Of a stretch of 64,000 bases of DNA, positions 19,860-29,750 are shown piece by piece. Location: NCBI GenBank assembly GCA_034670305.1, contig JAXMNT010000002.1:213985-277984 (forward strand). The letters run 5' to 3'. The notes beneath the pieces were generated by a model. That model searched no databases and was not told where the DNA came from. It worked only from the letters and a program-made list of their open reading frames with translations. A program made the translations under genes and the position numbers. The stretch is from Deltaproteobacteria bacterium. Lineage in GTDB: Bacteria; Myxococcota_A; Polyangia; Polyangiales; Houyiibacteriaceae. Within the stretch, counting starts at the first letter, position 1; every line of letters starts with the position of its first letter.

Positions 19860-20780
19860 ATGGCGCTCATCGAGCTGCAGAACGTCGAGAAGCGGTACGG
19901 CGAACTCGCCGCGCTCAAAGACGTGACCTTGAACCTCGAGGCCGGACGCATTGGGCTGCTGGGACCCAACGGCGCGGGCAAGAGCACGCTGCTCAAGACC
20001 CTGCTCGGTCTCGTACGACACGACAGCGGCATGGTGAAAGTGTTCGGGGAAGACGTGGCCGACGACCCGTTCGGGGTGCGTGCCCGGATCGGCTACATGC
20101 CCGAAGGCGACTCGGTCCTCCCAGAGCTGAGCGCGCTCAAGTTCGCGACCTTCGCCGCCGAGCTGTGTGGGCTGCCCAAGAACGAAGCCCGCGGACGGGC
20201 CCACCAGGTGCTGCACTACGTCGGCCTGGGCGAAGCCCGGTACCGGAGGCTCGGGAGTTTCTCGACCGGCATGAAGCAGCGCGCGCGGCTGGCGCAGGCG
20301 CTCGTCGGCGACCCGCGACTGCTCTTGCTCGACGAGCCGACCAGCGGCCTCGACCCGCGTGGCCGCGACGAGATGCTGGCCCTGGTGCGGGACATCCCGG
20401 AGCGCACCGGCGCGAGCGTGATCCTCTCGACCCACATTCTTCCCGACGTGGAGAAGGTCTGTGACCAGGTCGTGCTCCTTGCGGGAGGCGAAATCCTCTA
20501 CGCGGGGGCCCTGGAGCCGCTCATCGCCCCCGAGAGCGGCGTCTACGAGGTGCGCGCCAAGGGCGATCCCGACGTCCTCCGCCGGGCCCTAGAAGCCGAG
20601 CGCTGCCTCGTGAAACGGGTGGGTGCCAACCTCGAAGTACGCGTCCCAGAAGGGGAAACGCCGAGGTTCATCCTCAAGACCGCCCTCGCCCAGGGCCTGC
20701 AGGTCCGCCACCTCGCGCCCCTCGTCAAGACGCTCGAGCGCGCGTTCATGCAGACTTTGCGTGATGCGGGCAAAGTCTGA
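19860..20780 (+). CDS. ABC transporter ATP-binding protein (ABC-2 type)
   Basis: GPNGAGKST, FSTGMKQR, LLLDEPTSGLDP, STH. Confidence 0.92.
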   Translation: MALIELQNVEKRYGELAALKDVTLNLEAGRIGLLGPNGAGKSTLLKTLLGLVRHDSGMVKVFGEDVADDPFGVRARIGYMPEGDSVLPELSALKFATFAAELCGLPKNEARGRAHQVLHYVGLGEARYRRLGSFSTGMKQRARLAQALVGDPRLLLLDEPTSGLDPRGRDEMLALVRDIPERTGASVILSTHILPDVEKVCDQVVLLAGGEILYAGALEPLIAPESGVYEVRAKGDPDVLRRALEAERCLVKRVGANLEVRVPEGETPRFILKTALAQGLQVRHLAPLVKTLERAFMQTLRDAGKV

Positions 20781-20885
20781 GCGCCCATCCCCGACAAACG
20801 TGGTGGATGACCACTCCTGGGCCGGCGGGGGCGCAGGAGGACGCGGGCGCTGGATAGTGGCCGGCGACTGTGGTAACCGCGCCCG

Positions 20886-21335
20886 GTGACGCAGGGGGAC
20901 ATCGGCATCCGGAGGCTCGAGAAGGCCGACTACGACTACGTCGTCTCGGTGCTCGATCGCTGGTGGGGCGGGCCTTCGGGTCAGCGCGCCGACCCAATGT
21001 ACCTCTACGAATTCGGGGAACACGCGCTCGTCGCCGAGTCCGATGGGCAGGTGATCGGGTTCTTGCTCGGATTCGTCGTGCACGCGCTCGGGTTCATCCA
21101 CCTCGTGGGCATCGACCCGACCCATCGGCGCCGCCACGTCGGCCAAGCGTTGTACGAGCGGTTCACCACCAAATGCGCCGCAGCCGGCGTGCAAGAACTC
21201 AAGGCCATCGCGGCGGTTGGCAACGAAGCCTCGGTGGCGTTTCACGTGGCCCTCGGGTTCTCGGCCGAAGAGGTCGACGACTACGCGGGACCCGGCCGCG
21301 CGCGTTTGGTCTTCAGCAAGCGACTGACGGAATGA
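20886..21335 (+). CDS. GNAT family N-acetyltransferase
   Basis: IHLVGIDPTHRRRHVGQALY, NEASVAFH..LGF. Confidence 0.88.
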   Translation: MTQGDIGIRRLEKADYDYVVSVLDRWWGGPSGQRADPMYLYEFGEHALVAESDGQVIGFLLGFVVHALGFIHLVGIDPTHRRRHVGQALYERFTTKCAAAGVQELKAIAAVGNEASVAFHVALGFSAEEVDDYAGPGRARLVFSKRLTE

Positions 21336-21546
21336 AGCCGACCGGGCGAAGCGGAGCGCAGCGAAGCGAGTCTCACCGGACGGGTTTTGGGGGCCGCCAA
21401 AGGAATCAGGATGAAGCTTTGATTCCCAAAGCCTGGCCGATCTATGCTCGCGCCGCTGAGGTGGGCATGTCAGGTCAAATGACCGAGTGTGAGTTCCTCC
21501 TGCAGACGTTGATTCAGACGTGCGCGGGCCTGGGACGGAGGAAGCT

Positions 21547-22314
21547 ATGAGCTATTCGGGGGCCGAGCAGGCCCGTGCGGCACGTGAGTCTCTCGGGCAG
21601 GCGCTTCAAGCCCTGCAGCAAGACCCCAACATCCCGGAGGATGTGATGGCGGTTGCGCAGAACATCGCCCAGTCGGTGGGTGCGCTCTTCGAGGCGGAGA
21701 AGGCGACTTCCGAACCGGACGGGAAGTCCTGCGTGAAGAACGCACTCGGCTCGCTCAGCCAAACGCTGGCCCTGCTCCAAGACGTGCGAAGCAAACACGC
21801 CGGCATCGGTGTGGCGACGGAGGTCATCGCGAAGACGATGAGCGTCCTGTACCCGCTGACCACGGTGCCTTCGAAGGCACCGCCGGCGATGGGCGATGGG
21901 GCGCAGACGGTGAAGGATCCGAAGCCGCCAGTGCAACCGCATGCGCCGCCTTCGATGATGCCGCCCTCCGCACCGGCCTCCACCGGTCCCCGCGTCGACC
22001 TGGAAGCGAACATCGGGGCGACGACCGAGTCGAACTTCTACGTCGGATTCTCGGGCGAGATCGCCGATGGTGGTGTGTTCGTGAGCACCTACGAGGTGCT
22101 GGCCAAGAACACGAGCGTGAAGGTCCTCGTCACCCTTCCCGGCAACTTCGAGTTCCACGCGATGGGCTGGGTGCGGTTCGTGCGCGATCCGTTCGACATG
22201 AACAGCGAAGCCGAGCCGGGCATGGGCGTGCAGTTCGAGTCGCTCGACGCCAAGGCGCGGGAACTGGTGCTGCGGTTCGTGCGCAAGCGCCCGCCGATGT
22301 TCTACGAAGACTGA
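21547..22314 (+). CDS. Myxobacterial PilZ-like domain protein
   Basis: GGAGG RBS; C-terminal SNFY.GF..I..GGVFV.T...GWVR...PGMGVQF. Confidence 0.8.
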   Translation: MSYSGAEQARAARESLGQALQALQQDPNIPEDVMAVAQNIAQSVGALFEAEKATSEPDGKSCVKNALGSLSQTLALLQDVRSKHAGIGVATEVIAKTMSVLYPLTTVPSKAPPAMGDGAQTVKDPKPPVQPHAPPSMMPPSAPASTGPRVDLEANIGATTESNFYVGFSGEIADGGVFVSTYEVLAKNTSVKVLVTLPGNFEFHAMGWVRFVRDPFDMNSEAEPGMGVQFESLDAKARELVLRFVRKRPPMFYED

Positions 22315-22337
22315 CGACCGGTTCGGCGCTGGCTGCG

Positions 22338-22438
22338 GGAACCGCAGTGCTGGCCTCCGGAACCGCAGTGCTGGCCTCCGGAACCGCAGTGCTGGCCTCC
22401 GGAACCGCAGTGCTGGCCTCCGGAACCGCAGTGCTGGC
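22338..22438 (+). repeat. 21-bp tandem repeat GGAACCGCAGTGCTGGCCTCC
   Basis: Four perfect units plus a 17-nt partial fifth; intergenic. Confidence 0.95.
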
Positions 22439-22469
22439 TCTGGAAGGCACAGCGCGCTACCGTCCCTCG

Positions 22470-23051
22470 GTGATCATTCGCAAGGCTGCGTTGCGGCCGG
22501 TGCCGAAATGGGCGGTGGTGGAAGCGCACACCATTCATGCGGTCGAGTCGGAACTCGACGAGGGCGACGACTCCCTGCAGGACACCCTCGACCGCGCCTT
22601 CTCGGAGCTGGATCGACGGCAGCCGATCGTCGCCGAATGGCTGGCGGATCAACTCGCGCAAACCCGCGACGAGCTCGTTCAGTCCCTGGGCTACTTCCTC
22701 TCGGTCACCGTCTACCTCGCGTTCCGCGACGCGTTCCCGACCCGCCTGCACGGGGTGGACGAATCGGGCCTGCGCATGGCGCGCGAGACGCTCTCGGCCG
22801 ACGAAGAGATCCGCGCCGCCGACCCGACCGAGATCCTCGACAGCGACGACATCCTCGCGATGAGTCAGCCCGCGCTCATCGCGTTCGTGCAGCATCACGT
22901 CGACGAAGCGCTCGAACAAGGCGAAGGCGAGATCGATCTCGACGAACTCGAGCGCGTGTACCGGTCGATCTTGGTTCAAGTGATCGCCATGAGCCATTCG
23001 GTGGCCTCGCCGAGCGGACAACTCGGTCCGTCCCGGGACATGCTCGCGTGA
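22470..23051 (+). CDS. Hypothetical acidic helical protein
   Basis: GTG22470 with TACCGT 6 nt upstream; two QP-containing helical segments; GTGA overlap with next gene. Confidence 0.65.
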   Translation: MIIRKAALRPVPKWAVVEAHTIHAVESELDEGDDSLQDTLDRAFSELDRRQPIVAEWLADQLAQTRDELVQSLGYFLSVTVYLAFRDAFPTRLHGVDESGLRMARETLSADEEIRAADPTEILDSDDILAMSQPALIAFVQHHVDEALEQGEGEIDLDELERVYRSILVQVIAMSHSVASPSGQLGPSRDMLA

Positions 23052-23992
23052 ACACGCGCGCCACCGGTTGGGCGCTGGCCCTTCTGTTGGCGACCGGGTG
23101 TGTGGTCGAAGAGACCGGCCGCATCCAGCAGCCCATCGCGGCGTACTGCGTCGCGGAGGTGCGGGGCGTGGGACCGGTCGACGTGGAGACGGACTACCTG
23201 CCCAACGTCGTGAACTGCGAGAACGGGGGCGCGGCGTTCGAGGCGCTCAAAGCCCAGGCGATCGCGGCGCGCACGTACCTCTACTACAAACTGGATTCCG
23301 CTGGTTCGATCGCCGACGGCACCAGCGACCAGGTCTACTCGTGCGGTCGCACGCCACGCGAAGAACACTACGAAGCGGTGCGACAGACGGCAGGCATCGT
23401 GCTGCAGTACACCGGCGAGACCATCGCCGGGTTCTTCGTCGCCGGGTCGCGTCAGATGGGCCCGAGCTGCCGCGGGGGCATGGACGACCCGACCAACACC
23501 GAGCGCTACGTGACCTACAACGAAGGCCGCAGCGGCGACGACGTCGAGCAGACCACGCTCGGCTGGGTGAACCCGCGCAACATCTACAACCGCGGTTGTT
23601 TCTCCCAGAATGGCTCCCACTGTTTGGCGGGATCCGGCTGGGAAGCGCTCGACATGGTGCGGTTCTACTACGGCGACGACATCGAGATTGAAATCGCCGA
23701 AGGCGCATGCGTCGATCCACCGGTCCTCGATGCGGGCGTCGACGCGGGCGTCGATGCGGGGCTTGTCCCAACCGATGCTGGAACGAACGAAGACACCGGG
23801 GCCGCCGAAGATGCGGGAACCGAAGTGGACGCGGCGGCCAGCGACGCGGCGACCGTCGGCGTCATCGAACCGCGGCCTGGCGCGCGACCGATCGCGTCCG
23901 GTGGCTGCGCGGTCGGATCCGATTCTGCCGGTTCCGAGAGCGGCGCCCTACTCTTCTTCGCGGTGCTGCTCTTCGGTCGTCGACGCCGGTAG
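23048..23992 (+). CDS. SpoIID/LytB-domain exported protein with MYXO-CTERM-like tail
   Basis: Lipobox ATGC; YLPNVV..E, EALKAQAIAARTY, SDQVY, FYYG; tail GGCAV...hydrophobic...RRRR. Confidence 0.85.
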   Translation: MNTRATGWALALLLATGCVVEETGRIQQPIAAYCVAEVRGVGPVDVETDYLPNVVNCENGGAAFEALKAQAIAARTYLYYKLDSAGSIADGTSDQVYSCGRTPREEHYEAVRQTAGIVLQYTGETIAGFFVAGSRQMGPSCRGGMDDPTNTERYVTYNEGRSGDDVEQTTLGWVNPRNIYNRGCFSQNGSHCLAGSGWEALDMVRFYYGDDIEIEIAEGACVDPPVLDAGVDAGVDAGLVPTDAGTNEDTGAAEDAGTEVDAAASDAATVGVIEPRPGARPIASGGCAVGSDSAGSESGALLFFAVLLFGRRRR

Positions 23993-25240
23993 ACGTTTGG
24001 TCGGAAGGTCGAGTGGCTTTCCGAAGAACAGTCCGCGTTTCATGCCGGCCATGGTCTGGACCATCAGCCGACGCGCGCCAGGGATGAACCGCGCCATCGG
24101 AAACGCGAAGTCCCGAACCCATCCGGTGACGGCCGAGCTGCTCTGGAAGAACGGCGTGATCGCGCGGTTGATCCAGCCGTAGTACCCGAGGTGTTCGGAG
24201 CGCGCTTTCTGATACGCCGCGAGCGCCGTGCCGACGTCGACGTCCCGCGCGAGTTCCTGGGCGAGCACTTCGGCGTCGATGAGCGCGAGGTTGCTGCCCT
24301 GCCCGAGCTGTGGACTCATCGCGTGCGCTGCGTCGCCGATGAACACCACGTGTGCGCCATCGTACTCGTGCCAGTAGGACGCCATGCGCACGTCGCGGTA
24401 CGCCGCGAAGAGCACTTGCTGGTGGTCGTGAATCTGGGCGAGCAAGGGCTCTGCGCGCGGCTCGAAACGGAGGATGGTGTCCTTCCATGGCTGCAAGCCG
24501 CGTCGCCGAACCTCGTTGCGCCACTCGGCTTCTCGATCGACGCGCGTGCTCCAGAACATGCTGGTGAGCGGCGGGTCGTCGGTGGGGTCGTCGTCGCGAA
24601 TCGGCCCGCGGCCGCTGGGGAGAAACCCGAGCATGTGGTCGGCCCCCTGAACGACCTGTTCGAGCGTGTCGGGAAACGCGCCGCCAGGATCTTCGGCGAC
24701 GAACCACAACGCGCCCCACGGGTACGGTTTGTCGAGACGGCCCGGGAACCGCGCGGTGCGGATCTGAGAGCGCGCGCCATCGGCGACCACGAGCAAATCG
24801 TGAGGACCGTGCGTGCGTCCCTTGGCATCGACCAGCCGGCCACCGGGCAGCGCATCGACCACCGCGACACCGAGTTTCACGTCGATCGCCGTGCGCAGTT
24901 GAACCTCATCGAAGAGCGCTTGAAAGAGCACGCCGCGGTGCAGTCCGAGCCCCGTGAGATCTTCCCGCTCGAGCGCGTAGGGAAGTTCGAACAGGAACTC
25001 GCCGGTGGAACGTCGACCGCGCAGCCCACGGACCGGCGCACCGCGGCTCTGCACGAAGTCGTACACGCCGAGCCGCTGAAGCACCGCGGCACCGGTCGGT
25101 TGCAGCAGGATGCCCGCACCCACCGGACCGGGTTTCTCCACCGCTTCGTAGAGCGTGACCTGCGCGCCATCGCGCGCGAGCCCGAGCGCCGCCGCACACC
25201 CCGCGAAGCCCGCACCCACGATCCCAACACTCAACCCCAT
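23948..25240 (-). CDS. FAD-dependent monooxygenase
   Basis: GAGFAG, VADGARS, IGDAAHAMSPQLGQG.N. Confidence 0.92.
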   Translation of the reverse strand: MGLSVGIVGAGFAGCAAALGLARDGAQVTLYEAVEKPGPVGAGILLQPTGAAVLQRLGVYDFVQSRGAPVRGLRGRRSTGEFLFELPYALEREDLTGLGLHRGVLFQALFDEVQLRTAIDVKLGVAVVDALPGGRLVDAKGRTHGPHDLLVVADGARSQIRTARFPGRLDKPYPWGALWFVAEDPGGAFPDTLEQVVQGADHMLGFLPSGRGPIRDDDPTDDPPLTSMFWSTRVDREAEWRNEVRRRGLQPWKDTILRFEPRAEPLLAQIHDHQQVLFAAYRDVRMASYWHEYDGAHVVFIGDAAHAMSPQLGQGSNLALIDAEVLAQELARDVDVGTALAAYQKARSEHLGYYGWINRAITPFFQSSSAVTGWVRDFAFPMARFIPGARRLMVQTMAGMKRGLFFGKPLDLPTKRLPASTTEEQHREEE

Positions 25241-25301
25241 GATGCCGTGCTCGTTTTCTCCGGCGCGCCGGTTCCGGTTGTGGGCAGCCGCGTGGTCGCG
25301 T

Positions 25302-26165
25302 TCATGCGTCGGGATCCGACTTCAGCATCGCCTCCACCTCGGCATGTGCTTCGGCCAGTTCTTCCGACATCTCGGCCGGCGCGCCGGTCGGCTCGGCCTC
25401 CGCTTCGACGCGTGCGCGGACCCGCGGTTCCGGCTGCCCCTTGGCGCGCAACTCCCGGAAGACGTACTTCACGAAGCCGTCCGTCGTGAGTTCGGCCGAG
25501 ATGCGGGAGCCGTCGGTCATTGCGCCGAGCGCTGCTTCCGCTTGCTGGGCGGAGATGCCGAGTCCCCGCGACACATCGGTCACCGTGAGCACCCCCTCGG
25601 ACTTCTCGGCGAGCGCGAGGATCGCCAGCTCCGTGGAGGCGGCGACCGAATGATCGGCGTTCTCCTGTGCGCGCGCCGCCGCCCGCAGCGAGAGCGCGCC
25701 CACGCCGGCACCGCTGCCGCCCAGCGCAGCGGCGACGAGGAACCCGCCCACGCCTGGAATGAGAATCGCCGCCGCGGCAGCCGCGAGCACACCACCCGCG
25801 ATCGCAAAGATGCCCAGCGCTCGGTAGCCGGTCCCGGCGGATCGGGACACGGCCCGCGGCGGGACGTGTTGCGGGGTCGCGGCCGCACCGCTGGCGGCAG
25901 CCGCTTGGCCCACGACCTGAGGCGCGGCCCGCGTGCGCGGGGTGATGAGCGGCGCCGGGTCGTCGACGATGGTGGTGCCATCCACCAGCTGGCGCGGTTT
26001 GTTGCACGCCATGCACACGTACCCCGTGTTGCTGGCGCGGACCGCCGCGATCGCATGGCAGTGCGGGCACCGGTTCGCTTCGCCGAACACCGAGCCGCAG
26101 CCGGGACATCGTGCGGCACCCGGCGGCACCTTGGTTCCGCACGTGGAGCAGGTCGACGCCGACAC
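25302..26165 (-). CDS. Multi zinc-ribbon membrane protein
   Basis: Four CxxC pairs, two TM helices, winged-helix-like C-terminus. Confidence 0.65.
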   Translation of the reverse strand: MSASTCSTCGTKVPPGAARCPGCGSVFGEANRCPHCHAIAAVRASNTGYVCMACNKPRQLVDGTTIVDDPAPLITPRTRAAPQVVGQAAAASGAAATPQHVPPRAVSRSAGTGYRALGIFAIAGGVLAAAAAAILIPGVGGFLVAAALGGSGAGVGALSLRAAARAQENADHSVAASTELAILALAEKSEGVLTVTDVSRGLGISAQQAEAALGAMTDGSRISAELTTDGFVKYVFRELRAKGQPEPRVRARVEAEAEPTGAPAEMSEELAEAHAEVEAMLKSDPDA

Positions 26166-26168
26166 GGG

Positions 26169-26579
26169 TCAGTCCTCGCCGAGGAGCTGATTCATGGACG
26201 CCTCATCGGCAGGCGTGAACGGGTACCGGTCGAACTCGTCGCTCGTGACCCATCGGTAGTCCTGAACGGCCTTGCACTCGATGGACGCTTCGGGATCGAC
26301 CAGCACGCACTGATAGAGGTACAGGTCGACCGTGTACTTCTCGTAGGGGTGGCTGACGAAGCTGATGAGCTCGCCCACCTCGACCGCGACACGCAGCCGC
26401 TCTTCGAGCTCGCGGGCCAGCGCCTCCGCGTCGGACTCGCGGTCCTCGACCCGGCCCCCCGGGAACTCCCAGAGGTTGGGGAGAACGGCATTCTCCCTCC
26501 GCTGAGTGATGAGGTATCGACCGTCTCGCTCCACCACTGCGGCGACCACACGAATCGTCTTCCGCGGCTGTTCCGACAC
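26169..26579 (-). CDS. MutT/NudG-like Nudix hydrolase
   Basis: WEFPGGRVE..ES..EALARELEE, F.PAD. Confidence 0.9.
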   Translation of the reverse strand: MSEQPRKTIRVVAAVVERDGRYLITQRRENAVLPNLWEFPGGRVEDRESDAEALARELEERLRVAVEVGELISFVSHPYEKYTVDLYLYQCVLVDPEASIECKAVQDYRWVTSDEFDRYPFTPADEASMNQLLGED

Positions 26580-26662
26580 GACGGCGACGTATACACCATC
26601 CAGACAACCTGCTTCTACCTGCTTCGAGAAATTCGGCCGACCTGCGACACTGCGGTCCGAGC

Positions 26663-27553
26663 ATGGACCTGCGCATCCTCTACTTTGGCGTGCCTTTGGG
26701 CGCGCGGGTTCTCACGGACGCCGGGTACCCACCCACCGCCGCGTGTTTTGGCCCTCTGGACCTGCCCGGTCGCAGATGGGCTCGGCGACGGCTCGCGGGG
26801 CGGTTGATCCTGGGTCTTCCCGATCTCCGGGACCCTGTGGTGCACCGGACGTTGCTGACCGCCGGCGGTTTCGACGCGATCCTGTCGTTCTTCTGGCCGA
26901 CCCGGATCCCGCCGCACATCCTGGGCATGGCCCCCGCGTACGGCACCCACCCAAGCCTCTTGCCTAGACACCGCGGACCCGATCCCTACTTCTGGACGAT
27001 CCGCGCCGGCGACGAAGAGACCGGCGTCACGCTGCATCGGCTCGACGCCACCTACGACACGGGCGCCATCGTCGCGGCGCGGCGTGTGCCGGTGGCGCCC
27101 GACGACACCGCCTGGTCCCTGGCGCGCAAACTCGATCGGCCCGCCCTGGCGCTGCTCGTCGAACTCGTCGCGCAACTTGCGACCGGCCGCCGGCCGTCCG
27201 AGACCCCTCAACCGACCGAAGGGGTGACGGAAGCCCCGCGCCCGAGCGAACAAGACCTGGCCATCGACTGGTCGCAGTCCGCCGAAGCGGTCGTCGCGCT
27301 GGTCCGGGCGGCCGCGCCACACCCAGGCGCGGGGGCCGACTTCGATGGCCACTTCGTCGAAGTCTTCGACGCGTCGGTGGCGGGCGTGAAACCGCCGCCG
27401 GGACTCGACGTCGCCGAGGCGTGGACCGCCGACGGATCCTGGTACGTCCGCTGTGGCCGCGGCGCGGTCCGGCTCGACGGAGTCCGAGGAGAAGACGGAG
27501 AACCGGCCGCCCTGCGCACATGGCTGGGGCGGCCTGGGTCCGGTCGTTCCTAG
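26663..27553 (+). CDS. Formyltransferase (Fmt/ArnA-like, N10-formyl-THF dependent)
   Basis: HPSLLPRHRGP.P, ETGVTLH, DTG, IDW...VRA..P.PGA. Confidence 0.85.
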   Translation: MDLRILYFGVPLGARVLTDAGYPPTAACFGPLDLPGRRWARRRLAGRLILGLPDLRDPVVHRTLLTAGGFDAILSFFWPTRIPPHILGMAPAYGTHPSLLPRHRGPDPYFWTIRAGDEETGVTLHRLDATYDTGAIVAARRVPVAPDDTAWSLARKLDRPALALLVELVAQLATGRRPSETPQPTEGVTEAPRPSEQDLAIDWSQSAEAVVALVRAAAPHPGAGADFDGHFVEVFDASVAGVKPPPGLDVAEAWTADGSWYVRCGRGAVRLDGVRGEDGEPAALRTWLGRPGSGRS

Positions 27554-27864
27554 TGGATGTAGGTCGTGACGATGGCGCGCTCAGGGCGCTCGATCGCGAC
27601 GACGGGGCTGGTCACGAGGTCGCGGCCGTCCGCGCAGAAGAACAGGGACTCGCCGATCACGGGCGTGCCTTCGTTCGGACGGACTCCGCCGTTCTCGTGG
27701 AACCTGAGCCCGCCGCTCACGCGGGAGCGCACGGCGAGGTGCCCTTTGACCCACCGCCCGGTGCGGCGGTCCCGTACCCCGACGCAGAGTGCTTTGCGTA
27801 CGTGGTATTCGGTGTTGCGGGTGACGTAGACCTTGTGGATGCGGCGTTCGCTGGAATGGGCCAT
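27550..27864 (-). CDS. Small conserved-looking hypothetical protein
   Basis: GGAGG RBS; ERR.HKVYVTRNTEYH...CVGVRDR...VTSPV. Confidence 0.7.
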   Translation of the reverse strand: MAHSSERRIHKVYVTRNTEYHVRKALCVGVRDRRTGRWVKGHLAVRSRVSGGLRFHENGGVRPNEGTPVIGESLFFCADGRDLVTSPVVAIERPERAIVTTYIH

Positions 27865-27891
27865 GATGCCTCCTGTCGTAGGTGAACCTAC

Positions 27892-28932
27892 ATGTCCTCC
27901 TCACTCCCACCAAAAAAACGACCACTCCGGCTCCGACCGGACAACTTCACGCCCCGCACTCGGACCCCGTGGGGCGGCGCCCGGATCACCGAGACCTACA
28001 AACGCGGCCTCGCGCCCGCCCAAGTCGTGGGCGAATCGTGGGAGTTCAGCGTGGAACCGGACTTTCCGAGCCAGACCGAATCGGACGGCCCACTCCCGGC
28101 GCTGATCGCCGCCGACCCCGACGGGTTGGTCGGCCGAGGCCACGACTCCACGGCGTTGCTGGTGAAGCTCCTCGACGCGGCGGCACCGCTCTCAGTGCAG
28201 ATCCACCCCTCGGACCGAGACCCGGCGCTTGCCGAAGACGAGAGCGGCAAACCCGAGACCTGGTACGTGCTCGACGCCGACGAGGACGCCGCGCTCTACC
28301 TGGGCTTTCTCCCGGGCGTCACCGAAGCGGAAGTGCGGGGCTGCATCGAAGCGGGCGGTGCGCTCGACGCGTTGCTGCAGCGGGTGGTGGTCGAGCCAGG
28401 GGACTTCTTCGTCATCGAAGCGGGAACGCCCCACGCGGTGGGCGCGGGCCTGACGCTGGTGGAACCCCAGCGGGTCTTGCCGGGCAAGCGCGGCCTCACC
28501 TACCGATACTGGGACTGGAACCGCCGCTACGACGATCAGGGCGTGCAGCACCCGAGCGGCGCCCCGCGAACCTTGCACCTCGAGCGGGCCCTCGCGGTCA
28601 CGGATTGGAGCGGCGCGTCGAGTGCGCTCGACACCGCACGCACCCATCGAGGGGTGCCCGACACAGCCGGCGCGCCCTCGCGAGTCGCGCTCTCGGGCGC
28701 CTTTCCTTGGGTGGCGGTCGAACGGCTGGCGGGCACCGGCGCGCTCTCGCTCGACCTCCCCGACCATCTTCACGCCCTCACCGTCGTCGGCGGGTCGTTG
28801 CGCCTCGAAGGCCCCGACTTCGACGTCCGAGCTCGAATGGGAGAAACGGTCGCGCTTCCAGCCGCCTTGCCGGGACTGCGGGTGCACCTGGAGGGGGCGC
28901 TCGCCCTGCTCTGTTCGACCGAGGGTGCCTGA
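27892..28932 (+). CDS. Class I mannose-6-phosphate isomerase-like cupin
   Basis: PWGG, GESWE, LLVKLLDA...LSVQIHP, KPETW, AGTPHA, TYR..DWNR. Confidence 0.85.
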   Translation: MSSSLPPKKRPLRLRPDNFTPRTRTPWGGARITETYKRGLAPAQVVGESWEFSVEPDFPSQTESDGPLPALIAADPDGLVGRGHDSTALLVKLLDAAAPLSVQIHPSDRDPALAEDESGKPETWYVLDADEDAALYLGFLPGVTEAEVRGCIEAGGALDALLQRVVVEPGDFFVIEAGTPHAVGAGLTLVEPQRVLPGKRGLTYRYWDWNRRYDDQGVQHPSGAPRTLHLERALAVTDWSGASSALDTARTHRGVPDTAGAPSRVALSGAFPWVAVERLAGTGALSLDLPDHLHALTVVGGSLRLEGPDFDVRARMGETVALPAALPGLRVHLEGALALLCSTEGA

Positions 28933-28978
28933 CGCCCGCTTGACGTCGCGGGGCCGTTGAACAATCACCAGCCCTACC

Positions 28979-29722
28979 TTGGCCTCTGACTCCTCCTCCG
29001 CTTCGGCGCGTCCCGTTCAGCCGCGCGTGTCGATCATCATCCCGATCTACAACGAAGAAGCGATTCTTCAGACGGCCGTCGTCGACCTGGTCGACCGGCT
29101 CTCCGAGTTCGACTGGCCCTACGAGCTGATCCTCGCCGAGAACGGTTCCACCGACCGCACTGTCGAGATCGCGAACCAGATGGCCGAACGGTTCCCGCAG
29201 GTCCACAGCGCGAGCGTCGGCGAGCCGAACTACGGCCGTGCGCTCAAAGAAGCGATCCTCCGCGCGAGTGGTGAGTTCGTCATCTGCGACGAGATCGATC
29301 TCTGCGACACCGACTTCTACCGCCGCGCGATGGCGGTGCTTGAGACCGGCGCCGCCGATCTGGTCGTCGGGTCCAAAGTCATGGGCGGCGCAAGCGACGA
29401 ACGTCCGGTGATGCGGCACGCCGCGACCATCGTGCTCAACGGCATGCTCCGGGTCGCGCTGGGTTTCACCGGCACCGACACCCACGGACTCAAAGCCTTC
29501 CGCCGCGCGCCGCTCGTCGAGGTCGCCCGCCAGTGTCTGGTGGACAAGGATCTGTTCGCGAGCGAGTTCGTGATTCGCGCCGAGCGGGCGAGCATCCGCA
29601 TCGAAGAGATCCCGATTCGGGTGCTCGAAAAGCGCCCGCCCTCGATCGGTCTGCTCCGGCGTGTGCCGAACGTGCTCAAGGGCATGGCGCGCCTCTTCGT
29701 CGCGATCCGCATCAAGGGATAG
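28979..29722 (+). CDS. GT2 glycosyltransferase (polyprenol-phosphate/DPM1-like)
   Basis: [31 protein letters not shown]. Confidence 0.88.
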   Translation: MASDSSSASARPVQPRVSIIIPIYNEEAILQTAVVDLVDRLSEFDWPYELILAENGSTDRTVEIANQMAERFPQVHSASVGEPNYGRALKEAILRASGEFVICDEIDLCDTDFYRRAMAVLETGAADLVVGSKVMGGASDERPVMRHAATIVLNGMLRVALGFTGTDTHGLKAFRRAPLVEVARQCLVDKDLFASEFVIRAERASIRIEEIPIRVLEKRPPSIGLLRRVPNVLKGMARLFVAIRIKG

Positions 29723-29750
29723 CGCGCGCAGCGCGCGGCGAAGGAACACG

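Noticed and set aside
19860-20780. ABC ATPase as exporter of the HGS peptide
   Set aside because: About 28 kb away, no adjacent permease and no linking evidence
22338-22438. CRISPR array
   Set aside because: Units are directly adjacent with no spacers; no cas genes in the window
26663-27553. Assigning the symbol fmt
   Set aside because: N-terminal GTPxFA and QPD motifs of Met-tRNA formyltransferase are not evident; substrate uncertain
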